DNA of 63,559 bases, filler included, from 7 parts of 7 records of this genome joined end to end with filler, not necessarily neighbours in it; one strand, 5' to 3'; positions 49,760 through 60,550 are shown, counted from the whole stretch's first letter. Notes: generated by a model from the sequence alone, not told the origin. Translations and numbers: made by a program.

Positions 49760-50202
49760 TGAAAAAATTACTTTTTTTACTTTTAGTATGTACCGTTGCG
49801 GCCCAAGCGCAGGATGGAAAGCATGAAAAGATTAAAGCACTCAAAACAGCTTATATAACTGAGAAGTTAGCATTAACACCATCAGAAGCTGAAAAATTTT
49901 GGCCTATTTACAATGAATTTGACGAGAAATTTCATGAGTTACGAAAAAAAGAAAAAAGTGAAATTTTTTCTAAACTACGTGCAGGTCTAGATAATCTAAG
50001 TGAAGCAGAAGCAAATACACTTATTGATAAAAGTTTTTCTATACAAACAGAAGAATTAGAATTACGTAAGCAAATGATTAAAGCCCTAAGAAACGTATTA
50101 TCTCCAAAAAAAATAATCATCCTTAAAAAAACGGAAGATGATTTTAAAAGGGAGCTTTTGGCACGATATAGGCAAAACAAAAATGAAAAAGGAAATAAAT
50201 AA
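49759..50202 (+). CDS. Periplasmic helical protein ('sensor of ECF-type sigma factor' type)
   Basis: Signal peptide; KTAYITEKLALTPSEAEKFWPIYN. Confidence 0.8.
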   Translation: MKKLLFLLLVCTVAAQAQDGKHEKIKALKTAYITEKLALTPSEAEKFWPIYNEFDEKFHELRKKEKSEIFSKLRAGLDNLSEAEANTLIDKSFSIQTEELELRKQMIKALRNVLSPKKIIILKKTEDDFKRELLARYRQNKNEKGNK

Positions 50203-50230
50203 AAAAACCCCAAATTGGGGCTTTTTTTAT
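50199..50230. terminator. Bidirectional intrinsic terminator
   Basis: A-tract CCCCAA-A-TTGGGG T-tract between convergent genes. Confidence 0.7.
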
Positions 50231-50247
50231 TTATAATCGGTTACTAA

Positions 50248-51093
50248 TTATTTAGCTCCCCATTCTTTTAAAGACTTTTCATTTAAAGCTACATAATCAG
50301 TATTTCCGGCTGTTTTAGCTAGTTCTAATGATTTTTTTGCAGCTTCTATAGCTCCTTTTTTATCACCAGCTTTAGCATAAATCAATGATTTTTGACGTAG
50401 TTGCCAGAAAGCAGGTTCTTTGTTCATATCTATAGCTTTATCAATCCATGTTTTAGCTTGATTAATATCTTTACCAGACTCTAAATAGTAAACAGCTGAA
50501 GCATAATAATCACCCGCACTTGGACCATTCATCGTTTTTTCTATTCCAGCAGTAACTGCTTTATCAGTAAAAAACTTAATTGGCACGCCTACATAAGCTT
50601 TCTCCCACATCATACCTAACAAAACAGAATCATTAGTTAAATCATCAAGAGACATAGTAAAAGTTTCAATATCAATTGGTAACGGATATGCATCAACAGT
50701 TACTTTTGCAGCTACTTTAGATTCGTCCCAATTTTCTGGAGTACCCCAACTTGAAGCATCGCTATAAAAATATACTTCCCAACTAGAAGCGCTTGGTTTT
50801 GTATAAACTGCGTACGTACCTGCTTTTAGAGTTTTACCTCCAATTTCAACGCCATCGCTGAATGTAATTTTGGTACTTGCATTTGCGCCTGTCCGCCACA
50901 TTTTATCATAAGGAACTAAACTTCCAAAAATTGTTCTACCCTTCATAGAAGGACGAGAATATTCAAGAGTAACATCTGTTAATCCTACTTTTTGCTCAAT
51001 TTTTTGAAAAGGGCTTGCTTGAGGAGTTTGTACTTGAGCCTGAATACTAATTGTAAGCATTAAGGCAGAAAAAAGTAAAATAATTTTTTTCAT
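50248..51093 (-). CDS. DUF2911 family protein with C-terminal TPR
   Basis: Signal peptide; PQASP, YSRPSMKGRTIFG, WRTGAN. Confidence 0.9.
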   Translation of the reverse strand: MKKIILLFSALMLTISIQAQVQTPQASPFQKIEQKVGLTDVTLEYSRPSMKGRTIFGSLVPYDKMWRTGANASTKITFSDGVEIGGKTLKAGTYAVYTKPSASSWEVYFYSDASSWGTPENWDESKVAAKVTVDAYPLPIDIETFTMSLDDLTNDSVLLGMMWEKAYVGVPIKFFTDKAVTAGIEKTMNGPSAGDYYASAVYYLESGKDINQAKTWIDKAIDMNKEPAFWQLRQKSLIYAKAGDKKGAIEAAKKSLELAKTAGNTDYVALNEKSLKEWGAK

Positions 51094-51428
51094 TGTAATG
51101 GATTTAAGGTGTGTATATTTCCTACGAAAATACAATAAGCGATATTTTTAATAGTTAAGAAAAGCTTAAATATGTTAATAATATTAACCTTCCCTCTTCC
51201 TGAAAACCACAGCTATACGCAAAACATGCGATAATTGTTAATTTTTTGTTTAATCTTTTTTTGATTTATTAAAACAAACTAATTTTAAAGGAAAAAGAAA
51301 TGTTATGTTAAATTTATTAAGAAGAATACTCCGAATAAAATTTGAAAATAAAGCTATTGAAGCTAAAACCTATAGGCTATTACGTATGAATAAGAAGCTT
51401 TCAATTAAGCAAAGCAAATAAAAATAGC

Positions 51429-52733
51429 TTGACAGAAAAAATTACTATTTTTTGGTTTCGAAGAGATTTAAGACTAATTGATAATGTTGGATTATATAAT
51501 GCGCTTCAAGGAAAACATCCTGTGATTCCTATATTTATTTTCGATACTGAAATAATTAACGAACTTCCAAAAAACGACCTGCGTATTAGCTTTATTTTTG
51601 AAACCCTTCAAAAAATACGTACTGAATTAAAGAAGTATGGAAGCAGTATTGCTTTATATCACGGTAAACCCGAACAGGTATTCGAAGAAATTTTTTCTGA
51701 ATTTAATATTCAAAATGTATTAACCAATCACGATTACGAACCCTATGCAAGAACGCGTGATAAAAATATTGAAAAACTACTTTCACGAAAAAGCATTGGT
51801 TTTACTACTTTTAAAGACCAAGTAATTTTTGAAAAAAATGAAGTTGTAAAAGACAATGGCGACCCATACATTGTTTACACTCCCTATATGAAAGTATGGA
51901 AGAAAAAATTTATTTCAGAATATCAAGAAAAAAAAATCAACACTAAATCGCATTTTAATAATCTTTATAAAAATTTAAAACTTCCTAATCTTTCTCTAAA
52001 TGATATTGGTTTCAAAAAATCAGGGATACCAATTCCTAATTTTGATGTTTCTTCAACAACAGTTAAAAATTATGTAGCCAAAAGAAATTTTCCTGCGGAA
52101 GATGCTACAAGTTATTTAGGAATACACCTTCGTTTTGGTACAGTGAGCATTCGAGAAATAATAAAAAAAGCAACTTTTGAAACTAATGAAGTATTTTGGC
52201 AAGAACTAATTTGGAGAGAGTTTTTTATGCAAATTCTTTGGCATTTCCCAGAAACAGTGAAGAATGCGTTTAAAAAGAAATACGACCGTATTAATTGGCG
52301 AAATAACGAAGAAGAATTCCAAATTTGGAAAGAAGGAAAAACAGGCTACCCACTTGTTGATGCTGGCATGCGTCAGTTAAACGAAACTGGATATATGCAC
52401 AATAGAGTTCGAATGGTAGCGGCTAGTTTTTTATGCAAGCACCTTTTAATTGATTGGCGGTGGGGTGAGGCTTATTTTGCGGAAAAATTAGGCGATTATG
52501 AAATGTCCAGCAATGTTGGTAACTGGCAATGGGTGGCAGGAAGTGGTGTTGATGCAGCCCCCTATTTTCGAATTTTCAATCCAACTACTCAAATTGAAAA
52601 ATTTGATAAAGAATATAAGTACATTAAAAAATGGGTGCCTGAATTTGGAAGCAGCAGCTACCCAAATCAAATGGTAGCGCATAAAGAAGCCCGTGAACGC
52701 TGCCTAAATATTTACAAAGCTGCTTTATCCTGA
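51429..52733 (+). CDS. phrB: Deoxyribodipyrimidine photolyase (class I type)
   Basis: WFRRDLRL, ELIWREFF, GYPLVDAGMRQL, MHNRVRM, GNWQW, APYFRIFNP. Confidence 0.93.
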   Translation: MTEKITIFWFRRDLRLIDNVGLYNALQGKHPVIPIFIFDTEIINELPKNDLRISFIFETLQKIRTELKKYGSSIALYHGKPEQVFEEIFSEFNIQNVLTNHDYEPYARTRDKNIEKLLSRKSIGFTTFKDQVIFEKNEVVKDNGDPYIVYTPYMKVWKKKFISEYQEKKINTKSHFNNLYKNLKLPNLSLNDIGFKKSGIPIPNFDVSSTTVKNYVAKRNFPAEDATSYLGIHLRFGTVSIREIIKKATFETNEVFWQELIWREFFMQILWHFPETVKNAFKKKYDRINWRNNEEEFQIWKEGKTGYPLVDAGMRQLNETGYMHNRVRMVAASFLCKHLLIDWRWGEAYFAEKLGDYEMSSNVGNWQWVAGSGVDAAPYFRIFNPTTQIEKFDKEYKYIKKWVPEFGSSSYPNQMVAHKEARERCLNIYKAALS

Positions 52734-52855
52734 AAACCAAAAGTTCTTTTTAGTGTTGTTAAATAAAATGTAAATAAAGTGTAATTTTATTTTGTTCTAC
52801 ACAATTTTGCTACTCTTGCACAGTTAAAAGAAAGCATTACAATAAAACCAACACT

Positions 52856-53443
52856 ATGAAGAAAATTTTAATACTGATCTTCCCGCTATTTCTATTTTCG
52901 CTGACCTTGACAGCACAAGACTCTATTCAAATTATTAAAAATTCCCTTAACGACCAAATAACTGAAACTATTGAGAAAAGCAATAGTTATCAAGATTATA
53001 AGGTTATTAAAAAAGTAAAGTTAGCCACTTTAAAAAAAAATATTTTAGATACAGTTGCATTGCTGGAAAAAAATATAAATTCTCAAGAGGTAGAATTAGG
53101 TCATAGAAAAAGCGAAATAGATTCACTTAGAAAGAACTTAACTAATACAAAACAAAATCTTGCAACTTCAAAAGAAAAAGAAGATGGTATTCTCTTTTTT
53201 GGAACCTTAGTGTCAAAAATTACCTACAATACGATAATGTGGGGTATAATTATTATTTTATTAGTCATTACTGGCTTCTTATTCTACCGCTTTATAAACA
53301 GTCACAAAATTACAAACGAAGCCCAATTAAAAATGGCTGAGATGGAAATAGAATTAGAAGATTACCGTCGAAATAGCCTTGAACGTGAACAAAAATTACG
53401 TAGAAAGCTTCAAGATGAAATTAATAAAAATCGAAAAGGGTAA
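52856..53443 (+). CDS. Conserved flavobacterial coiled-coil membrane protein
   Basis: Signal peptide, coiled coil, TM segment, C-terminal LEREQKLRRKLQDEINK. Confidence 0.8.
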   Translation: MKKILILIFPLFLFSLTLTAQDSIQIIKNSLNDQITETIEKSNSYQDYKVIKKVKLATLKKNILDTVALLEKNINSQEVELGHRKSEIDSLRKNLTNTKQNLATSKEKEDGILFFGTLVSKITYNTIMWGIIIILLVITGFLFYRFINSHKITNEAQLKMAEMEIELEDYRRNSLEREQKLRRKLQDEINKNRKG

Positions 53444-53448
53444 ATTAA

Positions 53449-54049
53449 TTAGGGTTCTGTTCTAGTAATTTTTGCTCCAATTGCACGAAGTCTTTCGTCA
53501 ATATTTTCATAACCACGATCAATCTGTTCAATATTATGGATTGTACTAACTCCTTGTGCTGAAAGTGCTGCAATCAACAATGAAATTCCTGCACGTATAT
53601 CTGGAGAAACCATTGTTGTAGCCTTTAGGTTTGACTGAAAGTTATGACCAATTACTGTAGCTCTATGTGGATCGCAAAGAATAATTTTCGCTCCCATATC
53701 AATCAATTTATCTACAAAGAACAGACGACTTTCAAACATTTTTTGGTGAATAAGCACACTTCCTTTTGCTTGAGTACACACAACAAGTACAATACTTAAA
53801 AGGTCTGGAGTAAACCCTGGCCATGGTGCATCTGCAACTGTAAGTATCGATCCATCTATATAGCCCTGTATTTCGTATTCCTTTTGTAACGGAATATGAA
53901 TATCGTCGCCTTTTTTATTGAGCTTAATACCAAGTTTTCTAAAAGTATCTGGAATAATACCAAGGTTTTCCCAACTAACATTTTTAATTGTTATTTCACT
54001 TTTAGTCATAGCCGCAAGACCAATCCAGCTACCAATTTCAATCATATCA
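53449..54049 (-). CDS. murA: UDP-N-acetylglucosamine 1-carboxyvinyltransferase, C-terminal part
   Basis: PWPGFTPD, MFESR, PDIRAG, IDRGYE. Confidence 0.95.
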
Positions 54050-54149
54050 NNNNNNNNNNNNNNNNNNNNNNNNNNNNNNNNNNNNNNNNNNNNTTAATTA
54101 ATTAANNNNNNNNNNNNNNNNNNNNNNNNNNNNNNNNNNNNNNNNNNNN
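54050..54149. other. Artificial contig linker
   Basis: N44-TTAATTAATTAA-N44. Confidence 0.99.
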
Positions 54150-54222
54150 GAGCCCTTCGGTAAACTTAGGACAGGCTCTAAGGCATTAAACCCTCTAAGG
54201 ATAAAAAAGAATTCTAATTGTG

Positions 54223-55176
54223 ATGAAAAAATATACTATTGAAAACAATTATATAAAATTAGTAACTATAGATTATGGAGCTGCAATTCATCAGCTTATT
54301 ACAAAAGATAAAAATGAAAACGATGTAAATGTGGTTATTAGCTTTGAAGATTTAGAAAGCTATAAGCACAACCCAACCTACCTTGGTGCTTCTGTAGGAC
54401 GTTTTGCAGGAAGAATTAATAAAGATGGTTATACAATAAACGGAAAACATTACAGTGTTTACACAAAAAATGATGTTCATTTACATGGAGGAAAAGAAGG
54501 ATTCTCATTTAAAACTTGGAAAATGGAAAGCATTTCCGAAGGAGAGAATCCTAGTATAAAATTTTCTTATTCAAGTAACGATATGGAAGAAGGATACCCA
54601 GGAAATCTTCAAGTTTCTGTTACCTATACAATTGTTAAAAATCAGCTTTCCATTGTTTTTGATGCTACAACAGATCAAGACACCATTGTAAACTTAACCA
54701 ATCATAATTACTACAACCTCAGCGGAGAAGGAAGTATTTTAGACCATGAATTACTTATTAATGCTGAAAGTATTCTTACAAAAGATTCTGATGCTATTCC
54801 TACAGGAAAGTATACTTCTGTTGCCAATACCTATTTTGATTTTAGGGAAAAAAGAGAGATTGGAAGTACTTATGAATTTAAAGGCATAGACGACACCTAT
54901 GTTTTAAAAGAAAACAATCCGTTAGCAACTATATATAGTAAAAAAACAGGTATTGAAATGGTGGTTACCTCTAATCAGCCTGGAGTTGTAATTTACACTC
55001 CAGAAACTATGGACGAAAACAAAATATCAAACAAACCTCTTGGTAAGTATCCAAGTATTTGTTTTGAAACTGAAAAGTTTTCTGACGGACCAAATCAAAA
55101 AGATTTTCCTTCTACATTATTAAAAAAAGGAGATATCTATAAAAATGAAACTTATTTGACATTCAATATAAAATAA
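54223..55176 (+). CDS. galM: Aldose 1-epimerase (galactose mutarotase)
   Basis: GASVGRFAGRI, LHGG, EEGYPG, NLTNHNYYNL, ICFETE. Confidence 0.92.
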   Translation: MKKYTIENNYIKLVTIDYGAAIHQLITKDKNENDVNVVISFEDLESYKHNPTYLGASVGRFAGRINKDGYTINGKHYSVYTKNDVHLHGGKEGFSFKTWKMESISEGENPSIKFSYSSNDMEEGYPGNLQVSVTYTIVKNQLSIVFDATTDQDTIVNLTNHNYYNLSGEGSILDHELLINAESILTKDSDAIPTGKYTSVANTYFDFREKREIGSTYEFKGIDDTYVLKENNPLATIYSKKTGIEMVVTSNQPGVVIYTPETMDENKISNKPLGKYPSICFETEKFSDGPNQKDFPSTLLKKGDIYKNETYLTFNIK

Positions 55177-55184
55177 TCAAATAA

Positions 55185-55238
55185 AAAGTGTAGTCTAAAA
55201 AGTAATTTATAGTTTGCATACTTTTTAGACTACACTTT
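55185..55238. repeat. 20-bp perfect inverted repeat between convergent genes
   Basis: AAAGTGTAGTCTAAAAAGTA-N14-TACTTTTTAGACTACACTTT. Confidence 0.85.
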
Positions 55239-55255
55239 ATCTATTTTAGATTTAA

Positions 55256-55681
55256 TTATACCATTAAATTTAAAGTAACGTCTATATTATCTTCTGTTGC
55301 TCTGGAATACGGGCAAACTTCATGAGCTTCATTAATAAGTTCCTCTCCTACTTCTTCATCAATTCCTGGTAAAGTAACGTCTAAAACCACTTCTAATAAA
55401 AATCCACCAAGTTCTGGATGTTTTCCTATTCCTACCGTTGCTCTTACATCAAAATCGGTTCCAATATCAACTTTTTTTTCTTTCGCTACATGCTGTAGTG
55501 CACTCCCAAAACAAGCAGAGTATCCAGCTGCAAACAACTGTTCTGGATTGGTAAACGCACCTCCGTTACCGCCCAAATCTTTAGGCAATTCCAATTTCAT
55601 ATCTATTACACCATCGTCACTCTTTACGTGTCCTGATCTTCCGCCAGTGGTTGTAGCACTAGCTTTGTATAATGCTTTCAT
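55256..55681 (-). CDS. ohr: Organic hydroperoxide resistance protein
   Basis: GGRSG, TNPEQLFAAGYSACF, AHEVCPYSRAT. Confidence 0.95.
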   Translation of the reverse strand: MKALYKASATTTGGRSGHVKSDDGVIDMKLELPKDLGGNGGAFTNPEQLFAAGYSACFGSALQHVAKEKKVDIGTDFDVRATVGIGKHPELGGFLLEVVLDVTLPGIDEEVGEELINEAHEVCPYSRATEDNIDVTLNLMV

Positions 55682-55774
55682 TTGTCTATTTTTAATAATT
55701 CATCTCTAATATACTTTTAATAACACACATTATCATAATTTTAGTTATTAAATTTGTTTTAAAATTTAGCAAAA

Positions 55775-56854
55775 TTGTCAACCAAAAAGCCACATAAATC
55801 AGCTTTAAAAAACCAAGAAGGGGTTTCTATAGATGAAATTACAAACCCAGCTGCTATTGCTAAATTTAAAGCTAAAAGAAACAAAGACATTTCTGCTAAA
55901 AAATTAGCGCACGCAATTATAAAAGGAGATATTACTGCATTAAGTAGAGCGATAACTCTTATAGAAAGTGCTAATCCCGACCATACAGCAAAAGCAAATG
56001 AGGTTCTTAATTTATGCCTTCCTCATGCCAATAATTCAATTCGAATTGGAATTACTGGCGTTCCTGGAGTGGGAAAAAGTACTTTTATTGAAGTTTTAGG
56101 AAACACCATTGCAACCAGTAAAAATAAACTTGCAGTGTTGGCGGTAGACCCAAGTAGTTCTGTTACCAAAGGAAGTATTCTAGGCGATAAAACTCGCATG
56201 GAAAACTTAGTAAAAAACAAAAATGTGTATATCCGCCCTTCTGCTGCTGGCAATTCTTTGGGAGGTGTTGCTCGTAAAACTAGAGAAAGTATTATTTTAT
56301 GTGAAGCCTGCGGATTTAAAACTATTTTAATAGAAACTGTAGGAGTTGGACAAAGTGAAACTGCTGTTCATAGCATGGTAGATTTCTTTTTATTACTGAA
56401 ATTAGCTGGTGCTGGCGACGAACTTCAAGGTATAAAACGGGGAATTATTGAGCTTGCCGATGCCATTGTAATTAATAAAGCAGATGGAGACAATCTTCAA
56501 AAAGCAAAAATTGCAAAAACAGAATTTAAAAGAGCGCTCCATCTCTACCCTCCAAAAAATAACGGATGGATTCCTAAAGTGTTATTAACCTCAGCAATTG
56601 AAAATAAAGGAGTTGATGAAGCATGGAGTCTTATTGAAACGTATCTAAAAATTTCTAAAAGTGATGATTATTTCAATATTAAAAGAATAGAACAAAATAA
56701 ATTTTGGCTTTATCAAACTATTGAAGATTCCTTAAAATCTAATTTTTATCATCATAAAAAAGTAAAAGAAGAGTTACAATTACAGTTAAAAGCTATTGAA
56801 TTGAACGAAACTACTCCTTTTGCTGCAGCTCAATATTTACTTACTTTATTATAA
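55775..56854 (+). CDS. meaB: Methylmalonyl-CoA mutase-associated GTPase
   Basis: GITGVPGVGKST, AVDPSS, GSILGDKTRM, ETVGVGQSE, GDELQGIKRG, NKAD. Confidence 0.95.
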   Translation: MSTKKPHKSALKNQEGVSIDEITNPAAIAKFKAKRNKDISAKKLAHAIIKGDITALSRAITLIESANPDHTAKANEVLNLCLPHANNSIRIGITGVPGVGKSTFIEVLGNTIATSKNKLAVLAVDPSSSVTKGSILGDKTRMENLVKNKNVYIRPSAAGNSLGGVARKTRESIILCEACGFKTILIETVGVGQSETAVHSMVDFFLLLKLAGAGDELQGIKRGIIELADAIVINKADGDNLQKAKIAKTEFKRALHLYPPKNNGWIPKVLLTSAIENKGVDEAWSLIETYLKISKSDDYFNIKRIEQNKFWLYQTIEDSLKSNFYHHKKVKEELQLQLKAIELNETTPFAAAQYLLTLL

Positions 56855-56924
56855 TTATTGTCTTAAATACCTACATTTGCAAATATTTTGAACTTCAAAT
56901 GTTCAAAAAATAGCTTTTAAATAT

Positions 56925-57638
56925 ATGAATTACGAGTTTACTATAATAGTTCCTGTTTACAACGAAGAAGACAACTTGGAAAGAGTTGAAACAGCCTTTA
57001 ACGATTACTTTAAGATTGCTACAAAGTCTACCAAAGTTCTTTTTGTAAATGATGGATCAAAAGATAAAAGTCAGGAACTTATAGAATCTATTTGTAAGCG
57101 TTCTCCTAATTTTGAATACATTTCTTTTTTAGAAAATAGAGGTTTAAGTGCTGCTATAAAAGCAGGATTTGATTATGTAGATACGCCGATTTTAGGATAT
57201 ATCGACTCCGATTTACAAACAGCTCCGGAAGATTTTAATCTTCTTTTAAACCATATAAACCACTACGATTTGGTAACTGGGGTTCGGGCTAATAGAAAGG
57301 ATTCTTTTGTTAAAAACATGTCTTCTACCATTGCAAATGGAATTAGAAGAACCTTTACTCACGATGGAATGGACGACACTGGATGCCCATTAAAAGTTAT
57401 AAAAACCGATTTTGCAAAACGAATTCCTATGTTTAATGGTTTACATCGGTTTTTGCCTGCCATGATTTTACTACAAGAAGGTAAGATTATTCAAATTCCG
57501 GTACAGCATTTCCCACGTATTGCTGGAACGGCTAAATTTGGCTTTTGGAACCGATTAATAGGGCCACTTCAAGATTGTTTTGCTTACTTGTGGATGAAGA
57601 AAAAGTATATTAATTATACGGTTGCTAAAAAAGGATAA
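56925..57638 (+). CDS. GT2 glycosyltransferase (ArnC/DPM1-like)
   Basis: IVPVYNEE, VNDGSKD, DSDLQ, DTGCPLK, HRFLP. Confidence 0.92.
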   Translation: MNYEFTIIVPVYNEEDNLERVETAFNDYFKIATKSTKVLFVNDGSKDKSQELIESICKRSPNFEYISFLENRGLSAAIKAGFDYVDTPILGYIDSDLQTAPEDFNLLLNHINHYDLVTGVRANRKDSFVKNMSSTIANGIRRTFTHDGMDDTGCPLKVIKTDFAKRIPMFNGLHRFLPAMILLQEGKIIQIPVQHFPRIAGTAKFGFWNRLIGPLQDCFAYLWMKKKYINYTVAKKG

Positions 57639-58262
57639 ATGGCAAATTGGATTATATACTCCATTGGCTTTCTAGCGCAAATTCTATTTTCAGGAAGACT
57701 CATTTATCAATGGTTAGCATCAGAAAAAAGTAAAAAAGTATTAACTCCTTCTTTGTTTTGGAAATTGAGTTTATTTGCTTCTTTTCTATTATTTGTTTAC
57801 GGATGGCTTAGAGATGATTTTGCCATTATGCTAGGACAAATGCTTACTTATTTTATCTATATTAGAAATTTACAGTTACAAGGAGAGTGGCAAAAAGCAC
57901 CTAAATTACTTAGGATATTCTTACTTTTTTTTCCAATTCTTATCATCGTTTATGGGTATAATAATAACGTATACGATATAGATGACCTTTTTAAGAATGA
58001 AGACATTCCTATTTGGTTATTAATTCTTGGAATAATAGCGCAAATTCTATTTACCTTCCGATTTATTTACCAATGGTTATATTCTGAAAAAAGAAAAGAA
58101 TCTTCCTTACCCGCAGGTTTTTGGCTTTTAAGCTTAGTTGGGGCTTTGCTGATTCTTAGTTATGCTATTTTCAGAAAAGACCCTGTTTTATTGGTTGGAC
58201 ATTCTTTAGGAACAATTATCTACGCTAGAAATCTATTTATTTTAAAAAAACAAGATGACTGA
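57639..58262 (+). CDS. Lipid A biosynthesis N-terminal (LAB_N) duplicated-domain membrane protein
   Basis: Two copies of GxxAQILFxxRxxYQWLxSEK...P..FW..SL. Confidence 0.88.
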   Translation: MANWIIYSIGFLAQILFSGRLIYQWLASEKSKKVLTPSLFWKLSLFASFLLFVYGWLRDDFAIMLGQMLTYFIYIRNLQLQGEWQKAPKLLRIFLLFFPILIIVYGYNNNVYDIDDLFKNEDIPIWLLILGIIAQILFTFRFIYQWLYSEKRKESSLPAGFWLLSLVGALLILSYAIFRKDPVLLVGHSLGTIIYARNLFILKKQDD

Positions 58263-59877
58263 GTTTATAGAAAAGCATTCGATTAAGATATTACTGGTAG
58301 TTTGTGTAGCTATTTTCATAAGCAACCTAGACGTAATTTATGTAAATATAATGGAAGCTAGAAACTTTGTAACAGCAAGAGAAATGCTTTATAAAGGGAA
58401 TTGGCTACTTACCACCATGAACGATTTTCCTAGATATGAAAAACCCCCATTACCAACATGGCTCACCGCCATAAGCGCAAGTTTAATTGGGATTCATAAT
58501 TTATTTGCCTTACGTTTACCCGCAGCTTTATCGGCTATTATATTAGTTTTCTTCTTATATAAAATTGCAGTTTTACTTTTCAATAATAAAAAATTAAGCT
58601 TCTATGCTTCTTTAATTCTTGCCACATCCTTTTATATTATTTTTTCAGGTAGAAATGGGCAATGGGATATTTTTACGCATAGTTTTATGGTAATTAGCAT
58701 TTATCATTTAATTAAAATGCTACAATACCAAGAAAAATGCTGGCAGAATTCTTTAATTGCTGGGCTATTTTTTGGAGCTTCCTTTCTAAGTAAAGGTCCC
58801 GTATCTATGTATGCCTTATGGCTTCCTTTTTTAATAGCTTACGGTATAGCATACAGAAGTAATATTAGCAAGCGTAAAATTCTTCCATTTTGTGCGATGT
58901 TAATTTTAGGGCTTATTATTGGAGTTTCTTGGTTTGCCTACGTTAGATATGCCGACCCACAAGCATTTTTAGATATCGCAAAAGAAGAGGCTGGAAATTG
59001 GACAAGCTATAATGTACGTCCATTTTATTACTATTGGAGTTTCTTTACACAAAGCGGAATATGGACAATCCCCGCTTTTGTAGCACTCCTTTATCCATAT
59101 TTAAAAAATAAAGTAAGTAATAAAAAAGGATACACTTTTGCATTAGCTTGGACTCTTGCTTCTGTAGTTTTATTATCTATAATTCCTGAAAAGAAATCGA
59201 GATATTTATTGCCTGTTCTAATCCCAATGGCGCTAAATACTTCATTCTATATGGAATATTTAATTCTTCATTTTAAAGAACTTAAAAGAGGTGAAAAAAT
59301 CCCTGTTTATTTTAATTTTATATTAATAGGGCTTATTGGGGTTGCTTTTCCAATTGGTGGTTTTATCTTTTTAAAAGATAAACTCGACGGTTTCTATATC
59401 AGTTTTATTTTAACATCTGTATTCCTTTTTACTATTGGAGTATGCATTTTTTATTTTCTGCGAAAAAAAAATATAGAAAACGTATTTTACCTCGTTATTT
59501 CATTTATTCTTACAATATTAGTTTTTGGCTTTCCTTTAGCTAAAACCTTTAATACCAATCAGAATTTTAACAATATCAACACCTTAAAAACCAACTTAAA
59601 ACTGTACTCATTAGGAGAACCTGCTCCAGAAATGATCTGGCACTTAGGATATTCCGCTCCTGAAATTAAACATGGAGAAACTATAACTTTTCCTGAAGAA
59701 AGTGAGTTTGGTATTTTAGTTAATAAGGATAGAGAAGATGAATTAAAACGTATCTTTGAAACTGAATATTCTATAAAATTAATAAAAGAGTACGATATAA
59801 ATTATACTGCCAATCCAGAGGAACGCGCATATAAAAACCGATTAACAAGCAATTATTACCTTATTAAAAAAGATTGA
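58255..59877 (+). CDS. ArnT/GT39-family membrane glycosyltransferase
   Basis: MEARNFVTAREM, YEKPPL, LRLPAAL, FLSKGP, KKSRYLLP. Confidence 0.9.
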   Translation: MTEFIEKHSIKILLVVCVAIFISNLDVIYVNIMEARNFVTAREMLYKGNWLLTTMNDFPRYEKPPLPTWLTAISASLIGIHNLFALRLPAALSAIILVFFLYKIAVLLFNNKKLSFYASLILATSFYIIFSGRNGQWDIFTHSFMVISIYHLIKMLQYQEKCWQNSLIAGLFFGASFLSKGPVSMYALWLPFLIAYGIAYRSNISKRKILPFCAMLILGLIIGVSWFAYVRYADPQAFLDIAKEEAGNWTSYNVRPFYYYWSFFTQSGIWTIPAFVALLYPYLKNKVSNKKGYTFALAWTLASVVLLSIIPEKKSRYLLPVLIPMALNTSFYMEYLILHFKELKRGEKIPVYFNFILIGLIGVAFPIGGFIFLKDKLDGFYISFILTSVFLFTIGVCIFYFLRKKNIENVFYLVISFILTILVFGFPLAKTFNTNQNFNNINTLKTNLKLYSLGEPAPEMIWHLGYSAPEIKHGETITFPEESEFGILVNKDREDELKRIFETEYSIKLIKEYDINYTANPEERAYKNRLTSNYYLIKKD

Positions 59878-60545
59878 TTATGATATTTAACAAAACCGAA
59901 AAACTAGGATATGCTTTTTTAGCAATTATTTTTATTTTCAGTTTATACTTAGGGTTTACAAATCCAGAATATTTTGACAACACTTTTGCGGCTGAAGATA
60001 AAACTGTAGAATCTGGAACGGCAATTATGCTTTTATGTGTAAGTTTACTTTGTTTCTTTAGATTGTTTACCATTAGTAAAGGCAAATCTTTAACTTGGAA
60101 AATTGGGGTATTCCTTTTTGCCCTATTATTCTTTTTTGGAGCTGGAGAAGAAATTTCTTGGGGACAACGCATTTTTGGAATCGAATCTGGAGACTACTTT
60201 TTACAAAATAATGCTCAAAAAGAAACCAATTTGCACAACTTGGTAGTAGGTGGTAAAAAAATTAATAAAATAATTTTTAGTCAACTTCTTATGGTAGCTA
60301 TGGTTGTTTATTTATTAGTATTACCTGTACTTTATAGAAAGAAAGATTGGGCTAAAAACCTAGTTGATAAGTTTGCAGTTCCAGTTGTTAAGTGGCATCA
60401 AACAATAGCTTTTATTGCTTCTACAATTATAGTAGCTATTATCCCTCCAAGTAGAAAATGGGAAGTTTATGAACTCGCCTTTGGAGTTATCTTCTTTTTA
60501 ATATTTTTGTATCCTTTAAACGATTATATCTTTAAGAAAAAATAA
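59874..60545 (+). CDS. Multi-TM membrane protein
   Basis: EDxxVE, AGEEISWGQRIF, NAQKETNLHNL conserved-looking motifs. Confidence 0.8.
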   Translation: MIMIFNKTEKLGYAFLAIIFIFSLYLGFTNPEYFDNTFAAEDKTVESGTAIMLLCVSLLCFFRLFTISKGKSLTWKIGVFLFALLFFFGAGEEISWGQRIFGIESGDYFLQNNAQKETNLHNLVVGGKKINKIIFSQLLMVAMVVYLLVLPVLYRKKDWAKNLVDKFAVPVVKWHQTIAFIASTIIVAIIPPSRKWEVYELAFGVIFFLIFLYPLNDYIFKKK

Positions 60546-60550
60546 ATAAT

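Noticed and set aside
52856-53443. tRNA methyltransferase label often attached to this flavobacterial family
   Set aside because: The sequence shows only a signal peptide, coiled coil and TM segment; no SAM-binding or SPOUT motif.
6809-54149. Recurring TTAATTAATTAA palindrome as a biological repeat or array
   Set aside because: Always centred in N runs of identical length, so it is an artificial linker. ORFs containing X or ending in LIN are artefacts.
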